A stretch of DNA of 64,000 bases from Candidatus Aenigmatarchaeota archaeon (GTDB lineage: Archaea; Aenigmatarchaeota; Aenigmatarchaeia; QMZP01; QMZT01). Numbering within the stretch: the first letter of the stretch is position 1; each line of letters begins with the position of its first letter. The stretch is from contig JAFGCI010000001.1 of the NCBI GenBank assembly GCA_016932735.1, positions 35,772-99,771 of the forward strand, read 5' to 3'. Shown piece by piece: positions 39,979-49,098 of this stretch. The position numbers and the translations under genes are program-made. Under the pieces are notes generated by a model. That model was not told where the DNA came from, did not search any database, and saw nothing but the letters and a program-made list of their open reading frames with translations.

Positions 39979-40233
39979 GGGCCCGTAGCTCAGCCTGGAT
40001 GAACATTTGCATGTTCAGGGCGTTTAGAGCACCGGCTAAGACGGATATGTCTTTGGTGAAACTTTTAACTAGGAAGTTTGTCGACATCATTCGGAAAGAC
40101 AGCTTGCTTCAATAGAAATAAGCTGTCAAACCATTTGGTGGATGAAAGCGGAAGATATCCGGGTGTCGCGGGTTCGAATGCAATCGCTGAAGCGAAACGT
40201 GTTCAGCAGATGCCGAACATCCCGTCGGGCCCA
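39979..40233 (+). tRNA. tRNA-Lys(TTT) with four introns: 19/20 (39999-40023), 30/31 (40036-40060), 37/38 (40068-40156), 59/60 (40179-40219)
   Basis: Joined exons give GGGCCCGTAGCTCAGCCTGGTTAGAGCACCGGACTTTTAATCCGGGTGTCGCGGGTTCGAATCCCGTCGGGCCCA, a canonical 75-nt cloverleaf; each junction lies in a BHB-like motif. Confidence 0.88.
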
Positions 40234-40242
40234 TAAACTTTT

Positions 40243-40989
40243 ATGGCAAATTCAGATTTATTTAGTATGGGAAAAGACTTACTTTACAAAGACCTTGCAA
40301 AATATTATGATGTTATCTACTACTGGAAGGATTACAGTAAAGAAGCCGGACTGTTGGTGAAATTGATATCAAAATACAAAAAATCAGAAGGGAAAGAGTT
40401 ACTTGAAGCCGGCTGCGGGACAGGTCATCACCTGCAATTTCTTAAGGACAATTTCAAATGCACCGGAACCGATATCAACCAGGAAATGCTCAATGTTGCA
40501 AAGAAGAAAAATAAGGATGTGACTTTCAGAAAAGCCGACATGATAGATATGAAATTAAACAAGAAATTTGATGTAATAATTTCCATGTTCAGTTCAATTG
40601 GTTATGTCAAGACTATAACTAATCTGAAGAAAACATTGCAGAATTTCTCTGGCCATCTTAAATCCGGGGGAGTTCTTATAATAGAGCCTTGGTTTAGTCA
40701 GGATCAGTTCACTAACAGTAAAACACAGTTAATTAGTTACGAAGACGATAAAATAAAAATCGCACGAATGAGCAAATCAAAAAGAAAAGGAAACATCTCG
40801 ATTCTTGATATGGACTACCTTGTTTCTGAGAGTGGTGAAGATACCAAACATTTTAAAGACCGTCATGAACTGGGTCTTTTTGAAACAGAGAAAACACTGG
40901 AATTGATGGAAAGCGCCGGTTTAAAATCCAGAATGTTAAAGAACGGGTTTATGAAAGGCAGAGGAGTGTTTATCGGTGTAAAGGAATAG
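40243..40989 (+). CDS. Class I SAM-dependent methyltransferase
   Basis: YYDVIY...KDY, LLEAGCGTG, LKSGGVLIIEPW. Confidence 0.88.
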   Translation: MANSDLFSMGKDLLYKDLAKYYDVIYYWKDYSKEAGLLVKLISKYKKSEGKELLEAGCGTGHHLQFLKDNFKCTGTDINQEMLNVAKKKNKDVTFRKADMIDMKLNKKFDVIISMFSSIGYVKTITNLKKTLQNFSGHLKSGGVLIIEPWFSQDQFTNSKTQLISYEDDKIKIARMSKSKRKGNISILDMDYLVSESGEDTKHFKDRHELGLFETEKTLELMESAGLKSRMLKNGFMKGRGVFIGVKE

Positions 40990-40999
40990 AGTACTTTTC

Positions 41000-41686
41000 T
41001 TAATCGGTTATCTCTGTCCCTACGAATTTCTTCCCTTTCAGTGCATTTATCAGATTATCAACATTCCTTATGTCCAATGCAATGGTTCTTATATTTGAAC
41101 GTTTCAAAAGCAGCGCAGCCTGAGGGTCTATTATAGACGATGTCCCCGCAACGAATGTATCGTTGCTGACAATTTCAAAAAGCTTTTCGTAGCTTATTTC
41201 GTCAAACTTCTTTGCCTTCTTATTCTTCCTCGGGTCTGAGTCATATATCCCGTCAACAGATGTTCCTTTTATGAGAAGGTCCGCTCCAATGTAGTCGGCC
41301 AGCTGGACGGCGACCGCATCAGTCGTCTGGCCTGGTGTCAGTCCTCCCATGACAAGCATCTTTCCGGAAGCAAGTGCTTTTCCTATATCCTCAAATCTTT
41401 CCGGAGGGAACGGATATGCAATATCATGGAAAGCTGCTATGACAGACATGGCATTGAGCCTTGAGCTCTTCACACCAATAAGATCGAGAGTCGTGTTTGA
41501 TAATCCGAACTCCTTGCAGGCGGCTACATAGTTTTTTCCTAGAACGCCTCCGCCGGCAACAAAATGAACCTCGTTTTTTCCTTTCAGAAATTTCCTGACA
41601 TTGTCCGATAATTTCTTCAGAAGCTTCGTGTCCGGCTTCCCGTCAGGACATAAAACAGAACCGCCAAACTTAATTACTACTTTCAT
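41000..41686 (-). CDS. pyrH: Archaeal UMP kinase
   Basis: KFGGS, GGG, MGGLTPGQTTDAVA, VDGIYDSDP. Confidence 0.92.
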   Translation of the reverse strand: MKVVIKFGGSVLCPDGKPDTKLLKKLSDNVRKFLKGKNEVHFVAGGGVLGKNYVAACKEFGLSNTTLDLIGVKSSRLNAMSVIAAFHDIAYPFPPERFEDIGKALASGKMLVMGGLTPGQTTDAVAVQLADYIGADLLIKGTSVDGIYDSDPRKNKKAKKFDEISYEKLFEIVSNDTFVAGTSSIIDPQAALLLKRSNIRTIALDIRNVDNLINALKGKKFVGTEITD

Positions 41687-41729
41687 AATTATCTGAGAAA
41701 TAATGGGCGAAGTGGTTTAAATTAGTGGG

Positions 41730-44700
41730 TTAAACTTTTCCTGGCCAGAAGTCGCTTCTCCCGTGTCTCTGCTCATAGACTAATATATATCCTGTCAATG
41801 CAACAGCGCCTACAACTTCTCCGACTTTATAGCCTCCGGCTGCTCCTGTTCCCCAGCTGAAGACGCCCGCCACGACAGCTCCGACAGCGCCGCAGATTTC
41901 GGGAGCCCATCTCATTATCGTTGATACCCTGTCTTTCTCATCGATGCAGAAATTGTACTGACTGTTCGTATCTATTTTGTCAACATAGACTATCTGGCCC
42001 CTTATTTTGCAGTCCTTTATCTTAAGGAGGTTCATGATTCCGTCATTTTCTGTGTCTGTATCCATGAGAATTATTTTTGGGTCTTCCTTTATCCCTACAG
42101 CCCACTTGATTTTGTCCCATGTTGTGTCATATTCCGAGACAGTGATTGTGTCGACTACACCGTCTTTGCTTGTATCGATGAAACTGATGTCATACCTCGA
42201 GTCTTCCTTTGCCCAGAGCTTCAGTTCTGAAGTCTCTGTTTCAACGAATTCGGGCTCATCGTTGTCTTCACTACCGATGCCGTCGTATGGAGTCAGACCT
42301 ACACTTCTCGAGAAGAAGATGTTGTCATTCTTCTTGTAGTATGTATAAAGATAGCAATACCTGTCCATGGCTTCCGTGTCGAATGTTCCGGAAGTTATCA
42401 TCTTAGTCTTATCATTGCCAAGTATATCGTCATAAAAATTCTCATTTTGTTTGTCTGTAATGTGGCTGAGTCTTTCCTCGCCGTCTGGAGTTGCGGGGTC
42501 TTGTATATAGGTCGTTCCCTGATATTCAAACCATACCATCTTTCCTTCTTCATTACATTCCACATCCTTAAGGATGTCTCCCTGAGGCACGATATTTTTC
42601 ATCTCGATCCTGCAATTAAGGTTCTTGTGCCTTATGTGATAGGAGTCGCTGTTGTATTTGCTATTGAACTCAAAATAGGCGCTTTCCAAGCCGATGCACA
42701 GTTTGATGTTCTCTACGGACTCCTTTGCCAAATCCCTCTTCTCGCTTTCAGACATCTCCTGCCACTGCTTTGTATTCACGCCGTTGCAGCAATATGTCTT
42801 TTCATCTCCGTTCTCCATGAAATTGTAAATGCTTTCCTCGTCTAAAGGCACATTGGGAATCTCTCCCAACTTGTATGCGACCGAGTTGCATGCAAGAAGG
42901 CCGTTCTTGTATTCGCCTTCCGGAGGATTGTACGCAGCACACTTGCCCTCGCCGCCGACTTTAACTGTATAATCCCCCAAGACGCTGTTTTTTAATGACA
43001 GGTCTATCAAAGCATCTTTCCCACCAAAACTCAGATTATAATATGCATTCTCAGCATTCATGTCTGCATCCATCATTTCAGGAGGCATCACCAACCCTGT
43101 CATTTCCTGAACGTCGCATCGCGTGGTCGGTTCGATGCTCATCTTCAGGAAGTCCATTGCTGAACTACCACAGTTAGAAGCGCCGGCAAGGTTACTGAAA
43201 TCGAAAACAAATCTTATTCCCGATATGGGGTCCCTTATGTAGGCTATATCAGTATTAAACATTTCAAGCGACGTATCATCCTTGACCAAATCCCAGTTGC
43301 TTATCCCGAACTGGAAAATACGCAAAGCTTCCACTCTTTCTTCTATATATTCGTCGTATCGGATGTCATTGCCTTTGCTCTTTTCCACTACATCAATGCT
43401 GATAGGTTCTGGTGCGCCGTCCAGCTGGACATCTATCCTTTTTCCACCGCTCTCTATACCTGTAAGCTCGACAATCTTGTTGCTTATTATATCCCTGTCA
43501 AGTATGTCACCGTTTATAATGGCTCTGTAGCAGTCTTCTTCAGCAGATATTGTGTCCTCCTCGTCTGGTTTTTCGCAGTTGTCGACGCTGGATGCAAGCT
43601 CCCTGAGACCTCCGAAGGTCGTCCCGAAATATCCGCATTTTACAGGCGCGAGCTTTATTTCCAGGTTAGCATAGCATGGGGATGCGAGGTAGAAAGGCTT
43701 CAGAGAACTTCCGATGAAGTCTTTTGTTTTCACGAAAAGCTGAGTCGGGGCTTTTGTTATCACAGAATTTTCCTGAAGAGTTCCGACGACAGGTATGCTG
43801 ACGACGAGCTTGTTTGATTCGGGGGTGTTTCTCTGCGTCCTTGCATCCATGACGCCTATTGCATATGCGGTCAGTGTAACAGCTCCCCATCTTCTTAATC
43901 TGTCAGACCAAAGCCTTAGAGCCTCTTTGTGACCATCAATGAAAGCATTCGCTATTCTGTTAAGGGTGGTTCCTGAAAGCTTGGCGGCTTCCTCAGCGAC
44001 TTCGCCGCCGATTGTCTTGGTTCCTATAAGTTTGCCTGCTGAATCAAAACTATTTACTACATGCTTTGTCACAAGCGAACCGTCAGGACTTCTTAGCACT
44101 GTCTTATATATCTGCCTTGTCGTCATGCCGTTCTTCCCAAAAAGAGGCATGAATGTAACATCGACAACGGTACCAAGCCCCTGCTTTTCTATTGCGGAGA
44201 GGGTGGATTTGGAAGCCATTTCTCTGACAGCCATCTCACCGAGCTGCCTCTCGTTGACAGTGGCTGGAAGGAACCATATGCCATGAGAGCGCGCGAATTT
44301 TCTTCCGAGTCTTTTTACTTGTGCATCTGTCATAGTGCCGATATATTCTTTTGTGACTTTCTCAACGGCTTCATCCAGGACTTCTGCATACCCTCTCTGA
44401 AGGAAAGCTTCTCCCAACTCCTTTGCAGCTCTTTCCTCTGCTTCTTTAACCAGTTTATTAGCTGCGCTTGAACCCATTTCTCTGCCCAAAAGCTTCACGC
44501 CTTCTTCAAGAGATTCCCTGGTTCCGGCTTCCGCCAGTTCTTTGGCAAGCTTCTTCTGGGCGGTCTCCGCACCAGTCTCTGCAAATTCCAGGAGCGCAAT
44601 CTTGAGGCCTCTTTCGAAGATAACGTCTTCACCTATCTCTTTCATAGCTTTTTCTGTAAGTTCTTTTGAAAGATACCCTACGAATAGTTTGCTTTTTATT

Positions 44701-46181
44701 GGCCTTGTTATCAGTTTTTCGGTGAGTAAACTGGCACCGTTCCTAATAATCCCCGGAGCAGCCTTGAGTCCTTTGCCTATACCTTTTATTGTGCCGCCGA
44801 CGCCTATCCATGCAAATCCTATATCAATGATATTAGATACCCACTGGGCTCCTCCGGACCATGAGTCGGAAGCGTCCTTCGGGAATTGCTGCCAGTAAAC
44901 AAGATAAAGTGGGTCGCCGAACCCCTTTATCCATGCCTTCCAGTCGCTGACTTCCTGCGGAAGGTAGAAATTGCTCAGAGTGCACTCATAAACAGCGCTG
45001 TCGAACCCCGTGTTTATGAACTCGTCCCTGTTGTCATTCTCCCTGTATTTTATCTTGAAATCCTCTCCAAATGTGGGGTGCAGATAATGGACATCTATAT
45101 GGTCGTCATCAATCCCGCCGAGTTTTTTGTTGAGTTTCGAAATTACGTCTTTTATATCTTTCGATTTCAAGTCCACAGCGCTTTTTTCAGAATCTGATAA
45201 TTGCTGATAGAATATGGTATTCTCGATATTTTTCTTGACTTCAAGCTGTCTGAGGTCCGAGTTCATATTAAGAGCGAGGCCCGTATCTGAGAGGACAGAA
45301 TTTATCTCTGAAAGGTACTGCTCTTCATAATAAATACCGTCAAGTGCGTTCTGAAGGACCTTCAGCCCCTCTTTGTATCTTTTGTCATGCGTCAATCCAT
45401 TTACTTCTTTCAGTTTTTCCTTTATTATATCGTTAAGCGGATCTGCTTTAATCAAGGCCGTGTCAAGCGTCTCTAAATTTGCATATATTTTTTTCTCTTC
45501 TTCCTTGTTATGACCATTTATAACCGTTCTAACCATATCTTTATTATCTGTCCACCACTCCCATTTCTCAGAAACCGCATCAAAAGTATACCAGACATTT
45601 TGCTTTTGATCCTTGCAGTTCAGATTATAAAATCTGCAGTCTTCTTCGTATTCAAATTCAGGATATCCACTGAGCGATAAGCAGTCCATTTCCTGTTCTT
45701 CTGTATACAAAATAGGACCCTCAGAGCTAGCCATCCCTGTTATCTTCATTAAATCAGAAGAGCCGGATGTTATCATGCCTACAAGGCTCAGAGGGGGTCC
45801 TGATGTCACTCCGCTGCTTGCAAAGAACATACCTGTCATTTTTCCTGATGATGGCAGCCAGGAGTCCTCCTTGTAATTAAACACCCTTTTTTCGCATCCA
45901 CCGACAAGCTCTCCTGTAGCTATTGACTCTATTATGCATGCAAGATATGTGGACGAATCCATAGAAACGATGTCCTGTTCTGTATATTTGATGTCCGCTA
46001 ATCTGCATTTATCGGGATTTTTTTCACAGAAAAGGTTTGTGGCATTGGCAATAGTGCCAAACATATTGCCTAGCATGGTACCGACAACCAGTATGCATAT
46101 AATCACTAATGCAGCACTCATCATTATCCACATGTTTTCGGAGCCTTGTGCTTTCTTTCTCTGAGAAGAAACGATAATCAT
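41730..46181 (-). CDS. 1483-aa surface protein with class III (pilin-like) signal peptide
   Basis: QRKKA|QGSENMWIMMSAALVIICILVV; Cys-rich; Gly-rich hydrophobic internal and C-terminal segments; DxxxDG motifs. Confidence 0.7.
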   Translation of the reverse strand: MIIVSSQRKKAQGSENMWIMMSAALVIICILVVGTMLGNMFGTIANATNLFCEKNPDKCRLADIKYTEQDIVSMDSSTYLACIIESIATGELVGGCEKRVFNYKEDSWLPSSGKMTGMFFASSGVTSGPPLSLVGMITSGSSDLMKITGMASSEGPILYTEEQEMDCLSLSGYPEFEYEEDCRFYNLNCKDQKQNVWYTFDAVSEKWEWWTDNKDMVRTVINGHNKEEEKKIYANLETLDTALIKADPLNDIIKEKLKEVNGLTHDKRYKEGLKVLQNALDGIYYEEQYLSEINSVLSDTGLALNMNSDLRQLEVKKNIENTIFYQQLSDSEKSAVDLKSKDIKDVISKLNKKLGGIDDDHIDVHYLHPTFGEDFKIKYRENDNRDEFINTGFDSAVYECTLSNFYLPQEVSDWKAWIKGFGDPLYLVYWQQFPKDASDSWSGGAQWVSNIIDIGFAWIGVGGTIKGIGKGLKAAPGIIRNGASLLTEKLITRPIKSKLFVGYLSKELTEKAMKEIGEDVIFERGLKIALLEFAETGAETAQKKLAKELAEAGTRESLEEGVKLLGREMGSSAANKLVKEAEERAAKELGEAFLQRGYAEVLDEAVEKVTKEYIGTMTDAQVKRLGRKFARSHGIWFLPATVNERQLGEMAVREMASKSTLSAIEKQGLGTVVDVTFMPLFGKNGMTTRQIYKTVLRSPDGSLVTKHVVNSFDSAGKLIGTKTIGGEVAEEAAKLSGTTLNRIANAFIDGHKEALRLWSDRLRRWGAVTLTAYAIGVMDARTQRNTPESNKLVVSIPVVGTLQENSVITKAPTQLFVKTKDFIGSSLKPFYLASPCYANLEIKLAPVKCGYFGTTFGGLRELASSVDNCEKPDEEDTISAEEDCYRAIINGDILDRDIISNKIVELTGIESGGKRIDVQLDGAPEPISIDVVEKSKGNDIRYDEYIEERVEALRIFQFGISNWDLVKDDTSLEMFNTDIAYIRDPISGIRFVFDFSNLAGASNCGSSAMDFLKMSIEPTTRCDVQEMTGLVMPPEMMDADMNAENAYYNLSFGGKDALIDLSLKNSVLGDYTVKVGGEGKCAAYNPPEGEYKNGLLACNSVAYKLGEIPNVPLDEESIYNFMENGDEKTYCCNGVNTKQWQEMSESEKRDLAKESVENIKLCIGLESAYFEFNSKYNSDSYHIRHKNLNCRIEMKNIVPQGDILKDVECNEEGKMVWFEYQGTTYIQDPATPDGEERLSHITDKQNENFYDDILGNDKTKMITSGTFDTEAMDRYCYLYTYYKKNDNIFFSRSVGLTPYDGIGSEDNDEPEFVETETSELKLWAKEDSRYDISFIDTSKDGVVDTITVSEYDTTWDKIKWAVGIKEDPKIILMDTDTENDGIMNLLKIKDCKIRGQIVYVDKIDTNSQYNFCIDEKDRVSTIMRWAPEICGAVGAVVAGVFSWGTGAAGGYKVGEVVGAVALTGYILVYEQRHGRSDFWPGKV

Positions 46182-46260
46182 AATAATTAATTGTCTCAGG
46201 CGATTATAAATATCTAAAAGGGCTAACTATATAATAAGTCATCTGCAACAATAGTTTAAT

Positions 46261-46392
46261 ATGGCTGTGATGGAGTCGGATGCGGGCAATACCACGGGAT
46301 ATGTTATCTGGATACTTGTCGGCGGCGTTATAACGGCTTTGCTGGTGGGAATATTTGTTTTCAGCTATATGAAAGAGGTCGGACTCATATAG
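46261..46392 (+). CDS. 43-aa single-TM microprotein (not in ORF track)
   Basis: MAVMESDAGNTTGYVIWILVGGVITALLVGIFVFSYMKEVGLI. Confidence 0.55.
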   Translation: MAVMESDAGNTTGYVIWILVGGVITALLVGIFVFSYMKEVGLI

Positions 46393-46404
46393 AGGCGGAT
46401 TCAA

Positions 46405-46548
46405 ATGCTAAAAAGCGATATTCATAATAAAAAGGGAATGGTCCCCATATGGATAGTCGGAACAATAATATTCTCGATAATGGTAATTGCGGCTGCAATT
46501 TTATTATGGCCCAAACTTTTTGAGCTTTTGATGGGGCTGCGCGGTTAG
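46405..46548 (+). CDS. 47-aa mini-pilin with class III signal (not in ORF track)
   Basis: MLKSDIHNKKG|MVPIWIVGTIIFSIMVIAAAILLW...; GAGGCGG SD. Confidence 0.65.
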   Translation: MLKSDIHNKKGMVPIWIVGTIIFSIMVIAAAILLWPKLFELLMGLRG

Positions 46549-46598
46549 AATTAATCTATTTAAAATTCTTTTTAAGTTTCCTTAATTAATATTTTTAA

Positions 46599-47243
46599 AT
46601 GCGAGGCATCTTAGGACCGCTTCAGGAGACGATATTTTTAGGTTTCAAGATAATAGCTTTCCTGCTGCTTATCGTGATAGTTTTTAATCTGATTACAGAA
46701 TACACCGATAGCGTATGTGTGGAATCCACTACTCAAAGCATTAACGACTTGATAGATGAAATAAAGGGGGATTCAGGCAGTGGATTTGCGACAATATCAG
46801 TCAATAAACAATGTATAGATGCTGTTGTTATAGCAGACAAACAGCCTAATATAGGAGCCTGGACAGAAGTGAAATGTTACAGCGACCAGAAAAATGAAGG
46901 CGGCACACTCTTCATAACATATTACAAAGATGCCGGCTTCAGCGAATATATATCGAGTGTAAAACGCGCCGACATAACTGAAATAGTTTCTCATATCAAA
47001 AGAAGCGTTAAAAACAAATGCCAATATGCACCGCTGATTCTAACTTATGCGTCATTTGATGCCGTCAAGGCGGGCGATGCAAAGCTGGAAATAAGGGGAT
47101 CAGGCTCGAAAACTTACAGCGGTGTATATCTCCCTTCTGACAAAAATGAAGAAATAACAAAATACTGCATCCACTATACTATAAAGGAAGAGCAAGAAAG
47201 GAACGTCTTCCAGATAGACAGTATAACGAGTGGTGAATGTTAG
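46599..47243 (+). CDS. Pilin-like protein with class III signal
   Basis: MRG|ILGPLQETIFLGFKIIAFLLLIVIVF; Cys-containing soluble domain. Confidence 0.65.
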   Translation: MRGILGPLQETIFLGFKIIAFLLLIVIVFNLITEYTDSVCVESTTQSINDLIDEIKGDSGSGFATISVNKQCIDAVVIADKQPNIGAWTEVKCYSDQKNEGGTLFITYYKDAGFSEYISSVKRADITEIVSHIKRSVKNKCQYAPLILTYASFDAVKAGDAKLEIRGSGSKTYSGVYLPSDKNEEITKYCIHYTIKEEQERNVFQIDSITSGEC

Positions 47244-47254
47244 AAGTTGATTGA

Positions 47255-48310
47255 ATGGATATAGCATTAAGGAAAACAATAATAATGGCAATCACGATTA
47301 TTGTCTGCTTGTTCAGTATAACGCTTGTAGCCATGGATAAGATATCGGAACTTGCTCAGGATACTCCTGTATCAACATTCGATGTAGGCACTCTGCTATC
47401 GAAATCATTTACCGAACTCAACAATATTGACAAAGCGCAGAGGTTCATAAATTTCGGATTTCTTTTCAAAATAGAGATTGAACCAAAAAAATCCGGCTTG
47501 GAAAAAATGAAGCAGTATGAAATAAAAGTTGTCGCTGTTGACAATGAGAGTGAAAAGGAATATGGAGAGGAATTCGAACAGGAGATAATTTCCAATATCA
47601 TAGGTTGTGACGGAAAGAAATGCACGTTTTTGTGTTCGGGTGTCGGAATAAAAAAAGACGAAAAAGGAATATGTATACAATGCTATGACAAAAGAAAAGA
47701 TGATATCACGGGCAGTTGCAACGAAAAGGATTTCAGGTTCCATCCCTGCCCTTACGCAGACAGGCAGGAAGAACTGAACGAAATCAAGAATTATATGGAA
47801 GAATATTCCGATTCAGATGTCTCTGGCCTTTCAGACGAAGAATTGCTCGCAATGTTGAAATCCATTGGCCTCAAAGAGACTTCTTTAAGGCACTGTAAAG
47901 ATGGTATAGTTATACTCGGTCTTACAGGAGACATAGGTCTTATGCAAATAAACCCGAACGCGCACAAAGACGGGAACTGGTTTATACTTGAAGAAAACAT
48001 AAGAAAAGCTAGGGACATACTTGTCGGAAATTTAAAATTCTTTAATGGATATAAAGAGCAGAAGAGGCTCGCATTTGCCTATTACAACTGCGGAAATACG
48101 GTAAAGAAAGCCATACCTGAGTATGAATCGATTCATGGATCTGGAAGCGCCAAAAATATGGAATGGAAGGATTTTGAAGACATACTGGCCAAATATTGCC
48201 GTCAGGGGGATACAAGTTCAACGACTGTGGATCATGTAAATTTGATTGTGGACAACTATATGCAGAAATTTATTAACAATCCGGGTTGTTACGATTTCGT
48301 GTGTGTGTGA
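47255..48310 (+). CDS. Membrane-anchored lytic transglycosylase (SLT/GH23-like)
   Basis: N-terminal TM; catalytic KETS, GDIGLMQIN, ENI, AYYNCG motifs in SLT order. Confidence 0.8.
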   Translation: MDIALRKTIIMAITIIVCLFSITLVAMDKISELAQDTPVSTFDVGTLLSKSFTELNNIDKAQRFINFGFLFKIEIEPKKSGLEKMKQYEIKVVAVDNESEKEYGEEFEQEIISNIIGCDGKKCTFLCSGVGIKKDEKGICIQCYDKRKDDITGSCNEKDFRFHPCPYADRQEELNEIKNYMEEYSDSDVSGLSDEELLAMLKSIGLKETSLRHCKDGIVILGLTGDIGLMQINPNAHKDGNWFILEENIRKARDILVGNLKFFNGYKEQKRLAFAYYNCGNTVKKAIPEYESIHGSGSAKNMEWKDFEDILAKYCRQGDTSSTTVDHVNLIVDNYMQKFINNPGCYDFVCV

Positions 48311-48318
48311 GTGATTTT

Positions 48319-49098
48319 ATGGAGATACTAGACTTGTTTGCTCTCATTCTTCTGATAACAGTTGTAGCTGCGGTTGTTACCGCTTCTCAGATAGATTACG
48401 TATCAATAAAAACCATTCAGACGTCCTCTACACAGAAAATGCTTATTGTTGATTACAGTAAGACCGTGGAATCCTGTCTTCTTCAACTCTGTGACGGCAA
48501 GTTCATAGATGCAGAAAAACTGGACGAAATACGTGACGAAAGCGACGATATAGATGAAATATGTGATATGGATTTATTGAAAGGCATGTATGTAAGGTTG
48601 GAAGCGGTCAATTCGGACAGAATATGGGAATTTGGAAAGAGTAAAGGAGATAAAAAGAAGGGCAGCCACATGTCATGGATAAACATAGGATTCAAAGAAA
48701 TTGAAAAAATACAGAAAGAAGGGGACTTTCAGATTGAAAGCGGGGACTATGAAATAACGATACGGAAAATCGACAACGGATTGCTCGAGAAGGACTCTAT
48801 ACTGCTTTCTTTTAAAAAATTGTCCACAAACGAGGCTTTACAGGAGTTCAATGTTCAGGAGAAGGAACAGATAAACGGGCTTTATGAGGAGGCATTGAAA
48901 AACGACGAAGATTTCAAAAAATCATTCATTTTACGCGTGCCGGAAGGGGAAATATACAACACGGATAATTTTTTAGTTGAAGGGTATACATTCAGAAAAT
49001 TCGGAGATTCGTACACTGTGGGCAGAGGAAGGCCTTTATGGTTTGATGTAGAAGGTGACAGTTTGACAGATGTGGGGACGTTATATGTCGAGATATAA
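48319..49098 (+). CDS. N-terminally anchored hypothetical protein (pilin-like cluster)
   Basis: MEILDLFALILLITVVAAVV; overlaps the next gene. Confidence 0.6.
   Translation: MEILDLFALILLITVVAAVVTASQIDYVSIKTIQTSSTQKMLIVDYSKTVESCLLQLCDGKFIDAEKLDEIRDESDDIDEICDMDLLKGMYVRLEAVNSDRIWEFGKSKGDKKKGSHMSWINIGFKEIEKIQKEGDFQIESGDYEITIRKIDNGLLEKDSILLSFKKLSTNEALQEFNVQEKEQINGLYEEALKNDEDFKKSFILRVPEGEIYNTDNFLVEGYTFRKFGDSYTVGRGRPLWFDVEGDSLTDVGTLYVEI

Noticed and set aside
40031..40163. Alternative readings of the 39979 tRNA as Leu(AAG) (CT-AAG-A), Ile(GAT), Arg(TCG) or a TCA suppressor (CTTCAA at 40107)
   Set aside because: These give a defective anticodon stem or no BHB, and the TCA lies inside an intron hairpin. 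Only the Lys(TTT) parse satisfies all junctions and the cloverleaf.
40142..40360. 72-aa ORF from the track
   Set aside because: Overlaps tRNA-Lys exons and the methyltransferase start; spurious
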